Below are positions 1 through 7,738 of a stretch of 40,000 nucleotides of DNA, piece by piece. Position numbers and translations under genes: made by a program. Origin of the DNA: Granulicella rosea (GTDB lineage: Bacteria; Acidobacteriota; Terriglobia; Terriglobales; Acidobacteriaceae); assembly GCF_900188085.1 (NCBI RefSeq), contig NZ_FZOU01000015.1, positions 14,644 through 54,643 of the forward strand. Direction: 5' to 3'. The first letter of the stretch is position 1; the number at the start of each line of letters is the position of its first letter. The notes beneath the pieces are model-generated. The model saw only the letters and a list, made by a program, of their open reading frames with translations. It had not been told where the DNA came from and made no database searches.

Positions 1-137
1 TGCGAGTAGGTTTCGTAAGCGAGATTTGTGCGTCTACGCAACGAAACAAAGAGATTCAGTGATCTGTAAGCAAGTGAATATAAGGTAAACGGTTTGCGCA
101 GCACACCGTTTGCAAAGCGCATGGTACGATTTGCTAT

Positions 138-644
138 ATGAGCACAAAACGAGTGAACACTCCAATTATTGAGCATGAAACTCGCGCCACCGCACTCGAT
201 GAGATTGATACCGCCATTATCCGGGTGCTGCAACGCAAGGGTCGCGCGACCAACGACGAGGTAGGGGATGCTGTGGGGCTCTCCTCTTCGGCAGCCTCCA
301 GGCGCATCCATGCGCTCGAAAGCCGCGGCGTGATTACGGGCTACCAGGCGCTGATCGAGAACAAGATTCTCGGCGCCGACATTACGGTCTTCGTGCGCGT
401 CACGCTTGAGCGCCAGGCCGCGGCAGCGCTCCAGAACTTCGAGTCGGCGATCCGCCGGTGCAACTCGGTCGCGAGCTGCCACCTGATGGCCGGCGAGTAC
501 GACTACATGCTGCAGGTCAAGGTCGCGAGCATGGCGGACTACGAACGGCTGCACCAGCAGGAGCTCTCGCGCTTCCCTGGCGTCAGCCGCCTGGAGTCGA
601 ACTTTGCCGTGCGCGACGTCATTGAGCGCGAAATCGGGATTTGA
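138..644 (+). CDS. Lrp/AsnC family transcriptional regulator
   Basis: 168-aa ORF of typical family size. N-terminal HTH (IDTAIIRVLQRKGRATNDEVGDAVGLSSSAASRRIHALESRGVI) plus C-terminal RAM/AsnC-type ligand domain (FVRVTLE...GEYDYMLQVKV...). Confidence 0.9.
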   Translation: MSTKRVNTPIIEHETRATALDEIDTAIIRVLQRKGRATNDEVGDAVGLSSSAASRRIHALESRGVITGYQALIENKILGADITVFVRVTLERQAAAALQNFESAIRRCNSVASCHLMAGEYDYMLQVKVASMADYERLHQQELSRFPGVSRLESNFAVRDVIEREIGI

Positions 645-673
645 TGACGCTCGCGTAAGGCTTCGACGCAAAG

Positions 674-2179
674 CTAGAACTGGAAGTAGATGAACGGCCG
701 GTAGCCCAGCGGCAGCATCGAGAGAGCGAGCGCCCAGATCATGCCATATACCAGCGCAAAGCGCTGCAGGCTTAGCCGCGTCATCCTGCCTTCGACGTCC
801 GACTTTCGCATGATGAGCTGGCCCAGCAGCAGCACGGGTCCAAGCAGTGCGAGCCATGCCGGAATCATCTCGGCGCCTCCGTGGTTGAGTCCAAGGTAAC
901 GGCGGATCATCAGCCACGCCACCGGAAACGTGGACGCTCGAAAGAGAATCCAGCACAGGCAGACGAAGTTCAATGTGAGGAACCAACTGAGTATGCGACG
1001 GTAGGGCTCCTGCTCGGGCTTTGGCGGGAGATGTTTGCGAAACTCCTGATGAATCACCTGCGCGGCGCCATGCGCGCCGCCCCACGCAACGAAGGTCCAT
1101 GCCGCGCCGTGCCACAGTCCGCCGGCCAGCATGGTGATCAGCAGGTTGCGATACACGAGGTACCGTGTGCGCATGCGGCTGCCGCCGAGCGAGATGTAGA
1201 TGTAATCGCGGATCCAGAGCGAGAGCGAGATGTGCCAGCGTCGCCAGAAGTCCTGGATGGAGTCGGCCAGGTAGGGCGCGTTGAAGTTTGGCGCGAGCTT
1301 GTAGCCCAGCAGAGCCGCCACCGCAATCGCCATATCGGAGTAGCCAGAGAAGTCGCAGAAGATCTGGATGGTGTAAAGCCAGGTTGCATTGAGGCAGGAG
1401 AAAGCTGTGAACCCGGCCGGATGATGGAAGACCTGGTCGACGTAGGGGCTGATGTTATCCGCGATGCAGACCTTCTTGATGTATCCCAGTAAGAACAGGT
1501 ACATGGCCTGCTTCGCTTCATCCAGCATGACCGTGCGGGAGGTCGCCATCTGCGGCACGAAGTATCTGGGCCGCACGATGGGGCCGGCGACCAGTTGCGG
1601 AAAGAAGCTGGAGAACATGAGGTAATCCCGCAGGCTGGAGACAGCGGGAATCTCATCGCGGTAGACATCGATGGTGTAGGACAGCGACTGGAAGGTGAAG
1701 AAGCTGACCCCGACGGGCAGGATGATGTGCAGCGTAGGTTCGTCCAGCTTCAACCCGGCGGCGCCGGCGGCTGCAATGGCCGACTCCACGAAGAAGTGAA
1801 AGTATTTGAAGAAACCGAGCACGATCAGGTTCATCGCGACGGAGAGCGTAACGTACATCCTGCGTGTACGCAGCGCCGCGGCGTCGGCGCCCTTCGCCTC
1901 TGCGATACGCAGGGCGAAGAACCAGTCGGCGGTGGAGATGCCACAAAGCATGAGAGCGAAGCGCGGATCCCACGAGGAATAAAAATAGTAGCTGGCAAGC
2001 AGCACGAACCATTTGCGCAGGTTGTTCGTGCGCAGCGACCAGTAGACCATCAGCACAATCGCGAAGAAGAGGAAAAAGCGAGGTTCTACAAAGAGCACGC
2101 GGTATCGGTCTCCACGCCGGATGGATGTCGAGGTAAAGTGCGAAGCCGGTTCATGAGCCGCATGCCGCAGGCGCTCCAT
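674..2179 (-). CDS. MBOAT family O-acyltransferase (AlgI/DltB-like)
   Basis: Polytopic membrane ORF with the MBOAT hallmark FWRRWHISLSLWIRDYIYISLGGSR and a conserved His region (GGLWHGAAW). The probable true start is GTG at 2098 (VLFVEPRFFLFF, GGAGA about 11 nt upstream). That start removes the 29-nt overlap with the upstream gene. Confidence 0.9.
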   Translation of the reverse strand: MERLRHAAHEPASHFTSTSIRRGDRYRVLFVEPRFFLFFAIVLMVYWSLRTNNLRKWFVLLASYYFYSSWDPRFALMLCGISTADWFFALRIAEAKGADAAALRTRRMYVTLSVAMNLIVLGFFKYFHFFVESAIAAAGAAGLKLDEPTLHIILPVGVSFFTFQSLSYTIDVYRDEIPAVSSLRDYLMFSSFFPQLVAGPIVRPRYFVPQMATSRTVMLDEAKQAMYLFLLGYIKKVCIADNISPYVDQVFHHPAGFTAFSCLNATWLYTIQIFCDFSGYSDMAIAVAALLGYKLAPNFNAPYLADSIQDFWRRWHISLSLWIRDYIYISLGGSRMRTRYLVYRNLLITMLAGGLWHGAAWTFVAWGGAHGAAQVIHQEFRKHLPPKPEQEPYRRILSWFLTLNFVCLCWILFRASTFPVAWLMIRRYLGLNHGGAEMIPAWLALLGPVLLLGQLIMRKSDVEGRMTRLSLQRFALVYGMIWALALSMLPLGYRPFIYFQF

Positions 2180-3308
2180 GCGTGGCGTACCATTCGGCCA
2201 GCTTCCGGCCCATCAGGGTGGAGACCATCCGCGCCCCTTCGCCGCCCAGGTGTGCGTCGTCGTGCCAGATTCCGGGGACGTAAAGCTCCGGATACAGATC
2301 CGGCCGGCCGAGGTTGAGGATCGGCACATCGCGTCCTCCCACCGTGATGTGGTCGGGATAGCTCTTGATCTCGTCCACATCGCCAAACCTGGGCCATTTG
2401 ATGTAGACGAAGGAGAGGTGATGCACTGGACTGGCGGCAACCAGTTGTTCGATGAGGGCGAAGTGGCCACGCAGCACCTCGCCCTTTGCCACGGCAGGCT
2501 GCACGGGGCGGTTCGCAATCAACCGCGCAATGCCGTTCGTATCGGGCGCCAGAGCCCTCTCCAGGTGAAGTCCGCGGCGATCGTCCTCGGTCTGACTCAG
2601 CATCGTCTCCGCGTTCAGCGAAGGCGAAAAGATAAGGCTAGAGAGCATGCCGATGTTCAGGTAATGCAAGCCCATCGCCGCCATCGCGAAGCCCGAGCGT
2701 CCCCAGCGCTGCGTGACCGGCATGGCCAGGCTGGAGAACTGGCTCATCAGCCGCATCGTGGGCCAGTCGTAGATATTGATGGCGCGCGGATGCATCAGAT
2801 GATTGCCGCCGAAGTTGGCGCCGGCATCAAGCTCCAGCAGGATCAGGCAAGGCTGAGGCTGGGCCGGCGTCGTGAGTTGTTCGACAAACGACTTGGCCAT
2901 CGCGCGCTGCTCGGACTGACTTCCGCCCGCTACGGCGAGGTTGACAGAGTGCGTGGGCTCGGGCGTCTGGCTCATAATAGCGTCGAAGGCGCGCGGATCA
3001 AAGCCGTTGTTGATGTGGCTGGAGCCGAAGGCGGCAGAAAACTCGTCCCCATGCAAGCTCTGGAGCATGGCCAGCTTCTCGCTCCGCAAGTCCGCGTGCA
3101 GGCGGATGGTATCGTGGACTCGCGCAACGATCAGAGCATGAGTGACTGTAGCGGCAAACAGAAGACCGACGGTAAACAGGCCAAGGGCTTTGACTATCTC
3201 TCCAAGCCGGGGCTTCTCATCAGGAACTGCAGGCGTACTTTCCTGGCGGGTCTTCACTGAATTCTTACCGTCCAAAGAAGATAGCTGAGCGTTAAGTATA
3301 CAGGGCAC
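2151..3308 (-). CDS. Membrane-anchored SGNH/DltD/AlgJ-like accessory protein of the MBOAT acyltransferase (putative)
   Basis: One N-terminal TM helix (ALGLFTVGLLFAATVTHALIV) followed by an extracytoplasmic domain of about 320 aa. It has a Ser block (FGSSHINNGF) near its start and an Asp-x-x-His block (WHDDAHLGG) near its end, as in DltD/AlgJ/AlgX-type partners. It lies directly upstream of, and co-oriented with, the MBOAT gene. Confidence 0.55.
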   Translation of the reverse strand: MPCILNAQLSSLDGKNSVKTRQESTPAVPDEKPRLGEIVKALGLFTVGLLFAATVTHALIVARVHDTIRLHADLRSEKLAMLQSLHGDEFSAAFGSSHINNGFDPRAFDAIMSQTPEPTHSVNLAVAGGSQSEQRAMAKSFVEQLTTPAQPQPCLILLELDAGANFGGNHLMHPRAINIYDWPTMRLMSQFSSLAMPVTQRWGRSGFAMAAMGLHYLNIGMLSSLIFSPSLNAETMLSQTEDDRRGLHLERALAPDTNGIARLIANRPVQPAVAKGEVLRGHFALIEQLVAASPVHHLSFVYIKWPRFGDVDEIKSYPDHITVGGRDVPILNLGRPDLYPELYVPGIWHDDAHLGGEGARMVSTLMGRKLAEWYATHGAPAACGS

Positions 3309-3352
3309 GAATTTCCGTCCGATCGACAGCTGTATACCGTCCGCGTATCGCC

Positions 3353-3724
3353 GTGGGGCTCTCCTCGTCGGCTGCCTCGCGGCGCATCCATGCGCTTGAA
3401 AGCCGGGGCGTCATTACTGGTTACCAGGCGCTGATCGAGAACAAGATCCTCGGCGCGGGCATTACTATCTTCGTGCGGGTGACGCTCGAACGCCAGGCCG
3501 CGGCGGCGCTGTAGAATTTCGAGTCGGCGATTCGCCGCTGCAACTCGGTCGCAAGCTGCCACCTGATGGCTGGCGAACACGACTACATGCTGCAGGTGAA
3601 GGTCGCGAGCATGGCCGATTACGAACGCCTGCACCAGCAGGAGCTGTCGCGCTTTCCCGTGGTCAGCCGGTTGGAGTCGAACTTCGCCGTGCGCGACGTG
3701 ATCGAGCGTGAGATCGGCATTTAG
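3353..3724 (+). pseudogene. 5'-truncated, stop-interrupted second copy of the Lrp/AsnC gene (3' 372 bp only)
   Basis: Aligns without gaps to 273..644 at a constant offset of 3080 bp. My hand count is about 47 mismatches in 372 positions. The HTH-encoding 5' part and the start codon are missing. CAG (Gln) at 432-434 is TAG at 3512-3514. The tracked minus-strand ORF 3254..3727 is simply its antisense. Confidence 0.85.
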
Positions 3725-3737
3725 CACGGCGATTCGA

Positions 3738-4001
3738 TTACAGGTGCTTGCGCAGAATGTCGTCCACCCTCGCCTGCCAGCCGGCGCCTGAGGATCTTAG
3801 GGAGTTCACTACATCGGGCGACAGCCGTATCGACACGGGAACCTTTCTGGGCGCCTTTTGCGGTCCGCGTGTATGAGCTTTAAGCGCGGCTTGTAATCCT
3901 GCGGGCAGGCCACTCATGGGAACAGCGCGGGCGAAATCCTGCTGGGTCCACTCCGGATTGTCGCCTTGCTCAGCGGGCTTCGCGATACTCTTTTTGCTCA
4001 T
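3738..4001 (-). CDS. brnA: BrnA family antitoxin
   Basis: The 87-aa product starts at the ATG at 4001 (MSKKSIAKPAEQGD...). The C-terminal segment PRKVPVSIRLSPDVVNSLRSSGAGWQARVDDILRKHL matches the BrnA ribbon-helix-helix-type tail. It lies downstream of the BrnT gene and overlaps it by 32 nt. The 173-aa tracked ORF is an upstream over-extension. Confidence 0.75.
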   Translation of the reverse strand: MSKKSIAKPAEQGDNPEWTQQDFARAVPMSGLPAGLQAALKAHTRGPQKAPRKVPVSIRLSPDVVNSLRSSGAGWQARVDDILRKHL

Positions 4002-4281
4002 GTTTGGTTGCCTTCCGCAGACTGATAGCGCGAATCGTTTCGTCTTCCTGTGTGAACACCAGAGCGTAAATATGAGCCTCGATAAAGCCGATGGCGCGAT
4101 ACCGTATCTCGCCATAGTCTTCCCGGTCATCGACGGTATAGAGAGCGGAGTCGAAATCGAACTCTTCGGTACGGGCCAGGGAAATACGATGCTTTCGCTT
4201 GTTGATGGCATCTTTCGATGGGTCGAATTCGATCGCCACAAACCTGATTGTATATACATTCACGATGAATTCAACGAACAA
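3970..4281 (-). CDS. brnT: BrnT family toxin (DUF497 ribonuclease toxin)
   Basis: IEFDPSKDAINKRKHRISLARTEEFDFDSALYTVDDREDYGEIRYRAIGFIEAHIYALVFTQEDETIRAISLRKATKHEQKEY follows the BrnT pattern (FEWD..K...N..KHG.SF.EA...F.D......D......E.R....G......L.VV.T.R....RIIS.R.A...E). The likely true start is GTG at 4239 (VAIEFDP). Confidence 0.8.
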   Translation of the reverse strand: MFVEFIVNVYTIRFVAIEFDPSKDAINKRKHRISLARTEEFDFDSALYTVDDREDYGEIRYRAIGFIEAHIYALVFTQEDETIRAISLRKATKHEQKEYREAR

Positions 4282-4398
4282 TGCGCGGAAGTTCCCATGC
4301 CCTGACGTGCATACGCTGGATATATTTCACAGAACATGGGAGCGGGTGGGCTTCGTCCGTCATAGACTCATCTGTATGGATAGGACGGTTTCAAGGAC

Positions 4399-5775
4399 AT
4401 GAAGATTGCAGTAGTCGGTTCGGGTTACGTTGGGTTGGTCGCGGCTGTCTGCTTTGCTGAAATGGGTCACGACGTCATCTGCGTCGACAACGACGAGCGC
4501 AAGGTCAAGGCGTTGCAGGGTGGCGACTCGCTCATTCACGAGGAGTATCTGCCTGAGCTGCTGAACCGGTATCGCAATACCAAGGTTCTGTTCATGACCG
4601 ACCTTGCGGAGGCGACGCGCGAGTCCGAGGTGATCTTTATCGCCGTTGGTACGCCCCAGTCGGATACGGGCGACGCCGATCTGTCGTACGTCGAGGCCGT
4701 TGCATGTGAGATTGCGCGTTCGCTCACCAGCTACAAGGTACTGGTCGAGAAGAGTACCGTACCCGTCTACACGAACGAGTGGATACGCCGCGCGATCGAG
4801 CGCAACGGTGTCGCACGCAGCATGTTCGACGTGGTCTCAAACCCTGAGTTCCTGCGCGAAGGCACAGCCGTCGCCGACTTTCTCCACCCAGACCGGATCG
4901 TGGTCGGCGCAGACTCCGAGCGCGCCACCAAGCTGCTGCAGGAGATCTACGCCCCGCTGACCGAGGGCAGCTACTACCGCCGGCCGGATGCGATCACAGG
5001 CAGCTGTTCGGCTGAGGCGCTGCCTCCGTTGCTCATCACCTCGACCAAGTCGGCCGAGATCATTAAACATGCGTCGAATGCCTTTCTCGCGCTGAAGATC
5101 AGCTTCATCAACGCCGTCTCGAACCTGTGCGAGGCAGCCGATGCGGATGTCGAACAGGTCGCCATGGGAATGGGTCTGGACTCACGGATCGGCCCCAGGT
5201 TTCTGCGGCCGGGGATCGGCTATGGCGGCTCGTGCTTCCCCAAGGATGTCGCGGCCTTTCGCTCCGTTGCGGGTCAGCTTGGCGTCGACCTCGGCATTCT
5301 GGCCGAGGTCGAGAAGATCAACGCTCAGCAGAAGAAGCGCTTTCTGTCGAAGGTCCGCGCAGCACTGTGGACGCTGCGCGGCAAGCATCTCGCCGTGCTC
5401 GGCCTGGCGTTCAAGGGAGGCACGGACGATATCCGCGCTTCCCCTGCCATTGACCTCATCGGAATGCTGATCGGCGAAGGCTGTTCGATTACGGCCTACG
5501 ATCCAGCGGCTATCGAACGGGCCCGCGAGAAGATGCCGCCAAGCGCCTGCCTGAAGTATGTCGACGATCCGTATGTCGCGGCGAAGGACGCCGATGCCCT
5601 GCTGATTCTCACCGACTGGAGCGAGTTCGGCAGCCTCGAGCTGAAACGTCTCTACAAGACCATGCGCTACCCGATCGTCATCGATGGCCGCAATCTCTAC
5701 GAGCCGAAGGTGATGCTCGATAAAGGATTCACGTACGTCAGCATAGGGCGCCCAACCCTGCACCAGGCACGCTAA
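4399..5775 (+). CDS. ugd: UDP-glucose 6-dehydrogenase
   Basis: N-terminal Rossmann motif MKIAVVGSGYVGLV and catalytic Cys motif GYGGSCFPKD. Typical length of 458 aa. AAGGA RBS lies 2-6 nt upstream of the ATG. Confidence 0.95.
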   Translation: MKIAVVGSGYVGLVAAVCFAEMGHDVICVDNDERKVKALQGGDSLIHEEYLPELLNRYRNTKVLFMTDLAEATRESEVIFIAVGTPQSDTGDADLSYVEAVACEIARSLTSYKVLVEKSTVPVYTNEWIRRAIERNGVARSMFDVVSNPEFLREGTAVADFLHPDRIVVGADSERATKLLQEIYAPLTEGSYYRRPDAITGSCSAEALPPLLITSTKSAEIIKHASNAFLALKISFINAVSNLCEAADADVEQVAMGMGLDSRIGPRFLRPGIGYGGSCFPKDVAAFRSVAGQLGVDLGILAEVEKINAQQKKRFLSKVRAALWTLRGKHLAVLGLAFKGGTDDIRASPAIDLIGMLIGEGCSITAYDPAAIERAREKMPPSACLKYVDDPYVAAKDADALLILTDWSEFGSLELKRLYKTMRYPIVIDGRNLYEPKVMLDKGFTYVSIGRPTLHQAR

Positions 5776-5806
5776 GGCCAACTAAAATACCGTACCGATG
5801 CGTAAA

Positions 5807-5840
5807 GAGCCCTCTGCCCACTCCGGCAGAGGACTCTTTT
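5807..5840 (+). terminator. Rho-independent terminator of ugd
   Basis: The 12-bp stem gagccctctgcc / ggcagaggactc has one mismatch and a 6-nt loop. It is followed by TTTT and begins 31 nt after the ugd stop. Confidence 0.75.
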
Positions 5841-5972
5841 GTCGCGTTTTGCGACAGTGCGCTACACCCAGGTAACGAACGCTTTGCACGCGGTGTACGA
5901 AAGCGGCATTGCGTCCATTACCTCCGTGTAGAGCAACCTGAGACAGCGACCGCAAGACAAAACGCAGCACCG

Positions 5973-6315
5973 ATGAACCTCTTGAGCGCAGCGCTCAGGA
6001 CGGACATGATCGACCCCTTCGGCCAGCCCATCCTCTACATGCCCATGGTCAGCGCCGGACGTGGCAAGGTCACTGGCGTCGAGGTGCAGTACGACACCGA
6101 TCTGCACCGCCGTATCTTCGCGCAGATCAATGCGAGCTCCAGCAACGTCCAGCACCAGGCGCTCGACGGCGTATGGCGCCGCGCCAACTTCGACATGCCC
6201 GTCATGGCCAATATACTGGCCGGCGTTAATCTGACCCGACGTCAGATCCTCACCAGGTCCGTATGAGCTCACCCAGCTGGGCCGCCAGATGGACGGCGGT
6301 ATGTGGAGCTTCTGA
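5973..6315 (+). pseudogene. Decayed 3' fragment of a TonB-dependent-receptor-like outer-membrane protein gene (paralog of 37814..40000)
   Basis: The translation DPFGQPILYMPMVSAGRGKVTGVEVQYDTDLHRRIFAQINASSSNVQHQALDGVWRRANFDMPVMANILAGVNLTRRQILT aligns to DSFGQPYLYMPMVSAGRGKVLGFEAQYETNMKRRVFAQVNLTSRSVQHTALDGVWRRANYDMPILGNLLGGVRLSRRQVLT of the intact gene. About 0.26 kb is then missing and the frame shifts. The tail LTQLGRQMDGGMWSF-stop matches LTQMGRYMDGGMSWSF-stop. There is no 5' part or start. A GC-rich hairpin plus T-rich tract follows at 6341-6380. Confidence 0.8.
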
Positions 6316-6416
6316 ACGTTTAGAACGACCCTGCCCATCAGCCCCTCCGCCAGCGGGGGGCTTTCTACGTTGCTTTTCTCCGCAACCATAATAGAAGGGC
6401 GTCGATTCTTTTTGCC

Positions 6417-6456
6417 GTACCCAGGGTATGTTTCACCCCCTGGGTACGTTTCAACC
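6417..6456. repeat. Motif cluster 1: two direct GGGTAYGTTTCA units on CCCWGGG cores
   Basis: Sequence gtaCCCAGGGTATGTTTCAcCCCCTGGGTACGTTTCAacc, read directly. It lies upstream of the HTH-parA operon. Confidence 0.9.
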
Positions 6457-6514
6457 ATGGAGCCCTGTCCACGTTTCGTACGTAGGATAGAGCACCCTTC
6501 ATACCCTCCCCTGT

Positions 6515-6551
6515 GGATGAAACATCCCCACCCCCAGGGGTCGTTTCATCC
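6515..6551. repeat. Motif cluster 2: inverted repeat GGATGAAAC (6515-6523) / GTTTCATCC (6543-6551) with a 19-nt spacer containing CCCCAGGGG
   Basis: Read directly. It uses the same word set as the intragenic clusters, about 200 bp upstream of the HTH gene start. Confidence 0.9.
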
Positions 6552-6749
6552 ACACAGCTTAAGCAATATCTTAGGGAAGTGTTTTTAATGACAATCGGAA
6601 AGAAACGAGCGACGGCGACGTTTGACCTTGGTTCTGTCCGAGATGCTCCGAATCCAAAAAATCCATATTGGAAGGCCTTGTCGATTTCTGTCATGGGTTG
6701 TGTACTTTTACCCTTGTCGCTGCCGATATTATCCAGTAGGGTTACCTTC

Positions 6750-6959
6750 ATGAGAAAACCATCCCCGCGAAATGTGTCCATCTGGCTGCGATCGGCAGAG
6801 GTAGCGTCGGTCCTGGGAATCTCTCACCGTACTCTCATGCGTAAGCTCGCGGCAGGAAAGGTTTTAGAGCCCGCGCGCGATCCAGAAAACAATTACCGGC
6901 AATGGCGGCCGGAGGAAGTAAACGCCATTCAGCAGCAGCTAATGAGGGAAAAAGCATGA
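6750..6959 (+). CDS. Excisionase/MerR-type helix-turn-helix DNA-binding protein (HTH_17-like)
   Basis: The 69-aa product is MRKPSPRNVSIWLRSAEVASVLGISHRTLMRKLAAGKVLEPARDPENNYRQWRPEEVNAI... This follows the pattern (L)T..E.A..LG.S..T......G.......... .yr....v. Its stop overlaps the parA start (ATGA at 6956-6959). The start is uncertain: the tracked ORF begins at 6513, and ATG 6588 is an alternative. Confidence 0.6.
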   Translation: MRKPSPRNVSIWLRSAEVASVLGISHRTLMRKLAAGKVLEPARDPENNYRQWRPEEVNAIQQQLMREKA

Positions 6960-7738
6960 TTCGTCTCGTCATCTCCAACCAGCGTGGCGGCGTCTCGAAG
7001 ACCACGACCACCACTACCCTTGCCCGGGAGTTCGCCGACCGCGGCAAGCGCGTCCTGGTGATCGACACGGACCCTCAGGGATCGATCAGCAGCGTGCTCG
7101 GACTCAAGCCCGAGTATGGCCTGTACAACTTCGTCATCGAGAAGCTCCGTTTCGACGACTGCATCGTGAAGATCAGTCCGCAGCTCCATGTCCTCTGCTC
7201 CAATCGTGAGACGACCAAGGTCGAGACGATCCTGATGGGAAACGTCGCGCGCGAGCACGCCTTCAGTCAGCTCTTTTCGCAGGTCGAGAAGGACTACGAC
7301 GTGGTCCTGATCGACGTCAGCCCGTCGATCACGCTGCTGCAGACCTGCGCCATGGTGTACGCGGAGCGGGTGCTCATCCCCATTGGCATGGACACGCTCT
7401 CGTTCCAGGGTGCGATGGCCTCGATCGAAGCCTCGAAGTCGCTCAACCAGCTGCTGAAGGCAAACATCCGCACGGTCGGGCTACTGCCAGTGATGGTTGA
7501 CCGGCGCCTAGCCATGACGACGACGGTTCTTGAAGGCCTCGAAGGTCTGTCGCAGGGAACGAAGATTCCGATGCTGCACCCGATCCGTACGGACCAGAGC
7601 GTGACCAAAGCCGCTCGTGCGGCGCAGTTCATCGTCGACTACGACCCCAAATGCAAGGCAGCCGAAGACTACCACCAGGTGGCGGATGAGTTGGAGAAGC
7701 TGCTCAAGGAAGATTTGAATGTCACAGCTGCCGCGTAG
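6956..7738 (+). CDS. parA: ParA/Soj family partition ATPase
   Basis: Deviant Walker A region LVISNQRGGVSKTTT, Walker A' VLVIDTDPQGS and Walker B VVLIDVSPS, in about 260 aa. The position of the signature first lysine (KGGxxK[ST]) is Arg here. Confidence 0.9.
   Translation: MIRLVISNQRGGVSKTTTTTTLAREFADRGKRVLVIDTDPQGSISSVLGLKPEYGLYNFVIEKLRFDDCIVKISPQLHVLCSNRETTKVETILMGNVAREHAFSQLFSQVEKDYDVVLIDVSPSITLLQTCAMVYAERVLIPIGMDTLSFQGAMASIEASKSLNQLLKANIRTVGLLPVMVDRRLAMTTTVLEGLEGLSQGTKIPMLHPIRTDQSVTKAARAAQFIVDYDPKCKAAEDYHQVADELEKLLKEDLNVTAAA

Noticed and set aside
2178-3260. 360-aa plus-strand ORF, and similar long ORFs at 881..1492 and 1595..2317
   Set aside because: They lie entirely antisense to well-supported genes (the MBOAT gene and its partner). 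The translations are Arg/Gly/Ala/His-rich with no recognisable motifs, the usual stop-poor antisense frames of a high-GC genome.
3254-3727. 157-aa minus-strand ORF
   Set aside because: It is the antisense frame of the lrp pseudogene copy. The plus strand aligns base-for-base with the real lrp gene, which explains the open frame.
6365-6781. ORFs 6370..6588 (+) and 6365..6781 (-) in the leader of the HTH-parA operon
   Set aside because: They are short and cross the motif clusters in inconsistent frames. They have no recognisable domains or convincing start context and fall in a low-GC stretch. This is more likely non-coding control DNA, though a small divergent gene cannot be excluded.
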